Assembly (NCBI GenBank): GCA_033809515.1 | Contig: JAPXLN010000001.1 | Location: 158,101 to 222,100, forward strand | DNA: 64,000 bases | Direction: 5' to 3' | From: Bacillota bacterium | GTDB lineage: Bacteria > Bacillota > Sulfobacillia > Fermentithermobacillales > Fermentithermobacillaceae | In this document: positions 62,771 through 64,000 of the stretch, one piece after another | How positions within the stretch are numbered: position 1 is the first letter of the stretch | Layout of the letters: each line of letters starts with the position of its first letter | The notes under the pieces: model-generated | What the model saw: only the letters and a program-made list of their open reading frames with translations | Told to the model about the DNA's origin: nothing | The model's database searches: none | Made by a program: the position numbers and the translations under genes

Positions 62771-64000
62771 TTAGCTCCTCGCCTGTCTCCTTCCAGCAAG
62801 TAGATCACAAAAAGCTTCAAGTCTCGTAATAAATCCTGCCCGGGCAGTCTGCTCAGAGATCATCAAAGACATCACCGGGAAATCAAGATCACTGGAGACT
62901 CTCATGAGAATACTCTGGGCGATAATCTCGGGCATGCATGTAAACGGGAAAAGGTGTATTGCACCGTCAAAGCTACGTCTCCTGGCTAAGACAACCTCTC
63001 CCACTGATTCCTGACCGTGACCGCCAACATTGACCCCCAGGTACCGGGAAGCAGCTTCAGTAACAGTACGGTAGACTCTCGCTCCTCCTGGGGTCTTAAT
63101 CAAGTGACTGGTGACCCATCCTGTTACGTCCAGACTCCTATATACCCGAACTCTGTGCTCCAGAGAACCCAGGAGTTTCTCTACGCTCTTGTTGACAAAA
63201 GGCTCGTTAAGCACATATATCTCGCCGACCAAGGCTACTCGCAGCGGTGCAACTTCGACCAGGGGTATGTCCTTCAGATCCTTTGTGAACCGCTTGAGAG
63301 CTCTAACGCAGGAACTGACGGAAGATGCCAACTCTATCTCCTTCAGAAACCGGTCGTGCAGGATTTCGCTCTCACCTCGCCGCATCTCCCTGGCCCGCAT
63401 TTCCCTGAGTATGTCGGCAGCCCGATCTATGGCAGCTAGTTTGGTAAGGGCAAGCCCCGCAGCTTTCAGCAGTGACCCCGGCCCATACCTCCCTCCAAGC
63501 TCACGGCCACGCTCCATGAACTCCTTGCCCTTCTCCTTCCAGGGAAACGGTGAATCAAAAGCTACGATCCGAATATCGTAACCGTTTCGCTGCAGTATGC
63601 TTTCCATTGCTTGAGCATACCAGCCAAGGCGACAACGCCCTTTGCCCTGAACCATAAGGATCCGCCTGATTCCTTTTTCCGCCATGACCCTTATTTGGCC
63701 CAACAGAGTAACCATGGGATAACAGATGAACTCAGGGGCAATCTGTTTTCCCAGATCCACCACTTCGTCACTAAGGGCCGGAGGCAAGGCTATTTCAACA
63801 TCGACGCCTTGCAGAAGCGAGGCAATGGGAATGCCCAAGTTCCCCATGTCAACCAACCCCAGTGGATCAGGAGAACCTCTCCCGTTTGCAGACCTGCCGG
63901 AAGGGCTAGCTACAGAACTGCTGCGTTCTCTAGCTTTCTTCTTTGTACCGGTTCTCTGAACAGAGTCAAGGAATGCCTCCACCCTTGTAACAAGCCCTGC
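62771..64000 (-). CDS. 2-hydroxyacyl-CoA dehydratase-related two-domain protein (partial, open beyond the window end)
   Basis: PEFICYP, GRCRLG, VGEIY, GGHGQE, PFTCMPE, TRLEAF; the frame stays open to 64000 and begins with a second AGLVTRVEAFLD motif. Confidence 0.8.
   Translation of the reverse strand, partial: AGLVTRVEAFLDSVQRTGTKKKARERSSSVASPSGRSANGRGSPDPLGLVDMGNLGIPIASLLQGVDVEIALPPALSDEVVDLGKQIAPEFICYPMVTLLGQIRVMAEKGIRRILMVQGKGRCRLGWYAQAMESILQRNGYDIRIVAFDSPFPWKEKGKEFMERGRELGGRYGPGSLLKAAGLALTKLAAIDRAADILREMRAREMRRGESEILHDRFLKEIELASSVSSCVRALKRFTKDLKDIPLVEVAPLRVALVGEIYVLNEPFVNKSVEKLLGSLEHRVRVYRSLDVTGWVTSHLIKTPGGARVYRTVTEAASRYLGVNVGGHGQESVGEVVLARRRSFDGAIHLFPFTCMPEIIAQSILMRVSSDLDFPVMSLMISEQTARAGFITRLEAFCDLLAGRRQARS

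Noticed and set aside
1-64000. CRISPR array, cas genes, transposases, integrases, phage genes, rRNA
   Set aside because: No regularly spaced short repeats and no recognisable motifs for any of these

Overview
Chromosomal window from an endospore-forming, probably anaerobic, moderately GC-rich Bacillota genome (gerK operon, SigI/RsgI, SigH-type promoters, T-box). Most of it is housekeeping and amino-acid/peptide metabolism: serS, a proline-dehydrogenase/sarcosine-oxidase-like operon, murI, pfkA, dnaE, nth, murD, aspartate aminotransferase, an ABC exporter pair, a DinG helicase, nrdR-nrdJ, yhaO/yhaN and a CoA-dehydratase activase. The first 8.3 kb stands out. It is a head-to-tail array of at least three copies of an uncharacterised four-gene membrane-protein cassette (DUF6754-like protein plus three partners) in A-B-A order. 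Each copy has a SigH-type promoter and a long leader, the two complete copies end in terminators, recombination scars are visible, and an S9 peptidase gene lies directly upstream. This is the best candidate for an undescribed system, possibly a multi-subunit peptide or amino-acid transporter with diversified paralogs. The second candidate is a yybP-ykoY (Mn2+-type) riboswitch controlling an orphan Na+-decarboxylase beta subunit plus an unannotated 39-aa partner. Also present: a LAGLIDADG intein at the catalytic Cys of NrdJ, a sensor kinase broken by two internal deletions, an RsgI lacking the Asn-Pro autocleavage site, a degenerate M28-like membrane protein, tRNA-Leu(CAA) and small ORFs below the ORF-track cutoff. 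All family assignments come from motif recognition by eye; no searches were run.
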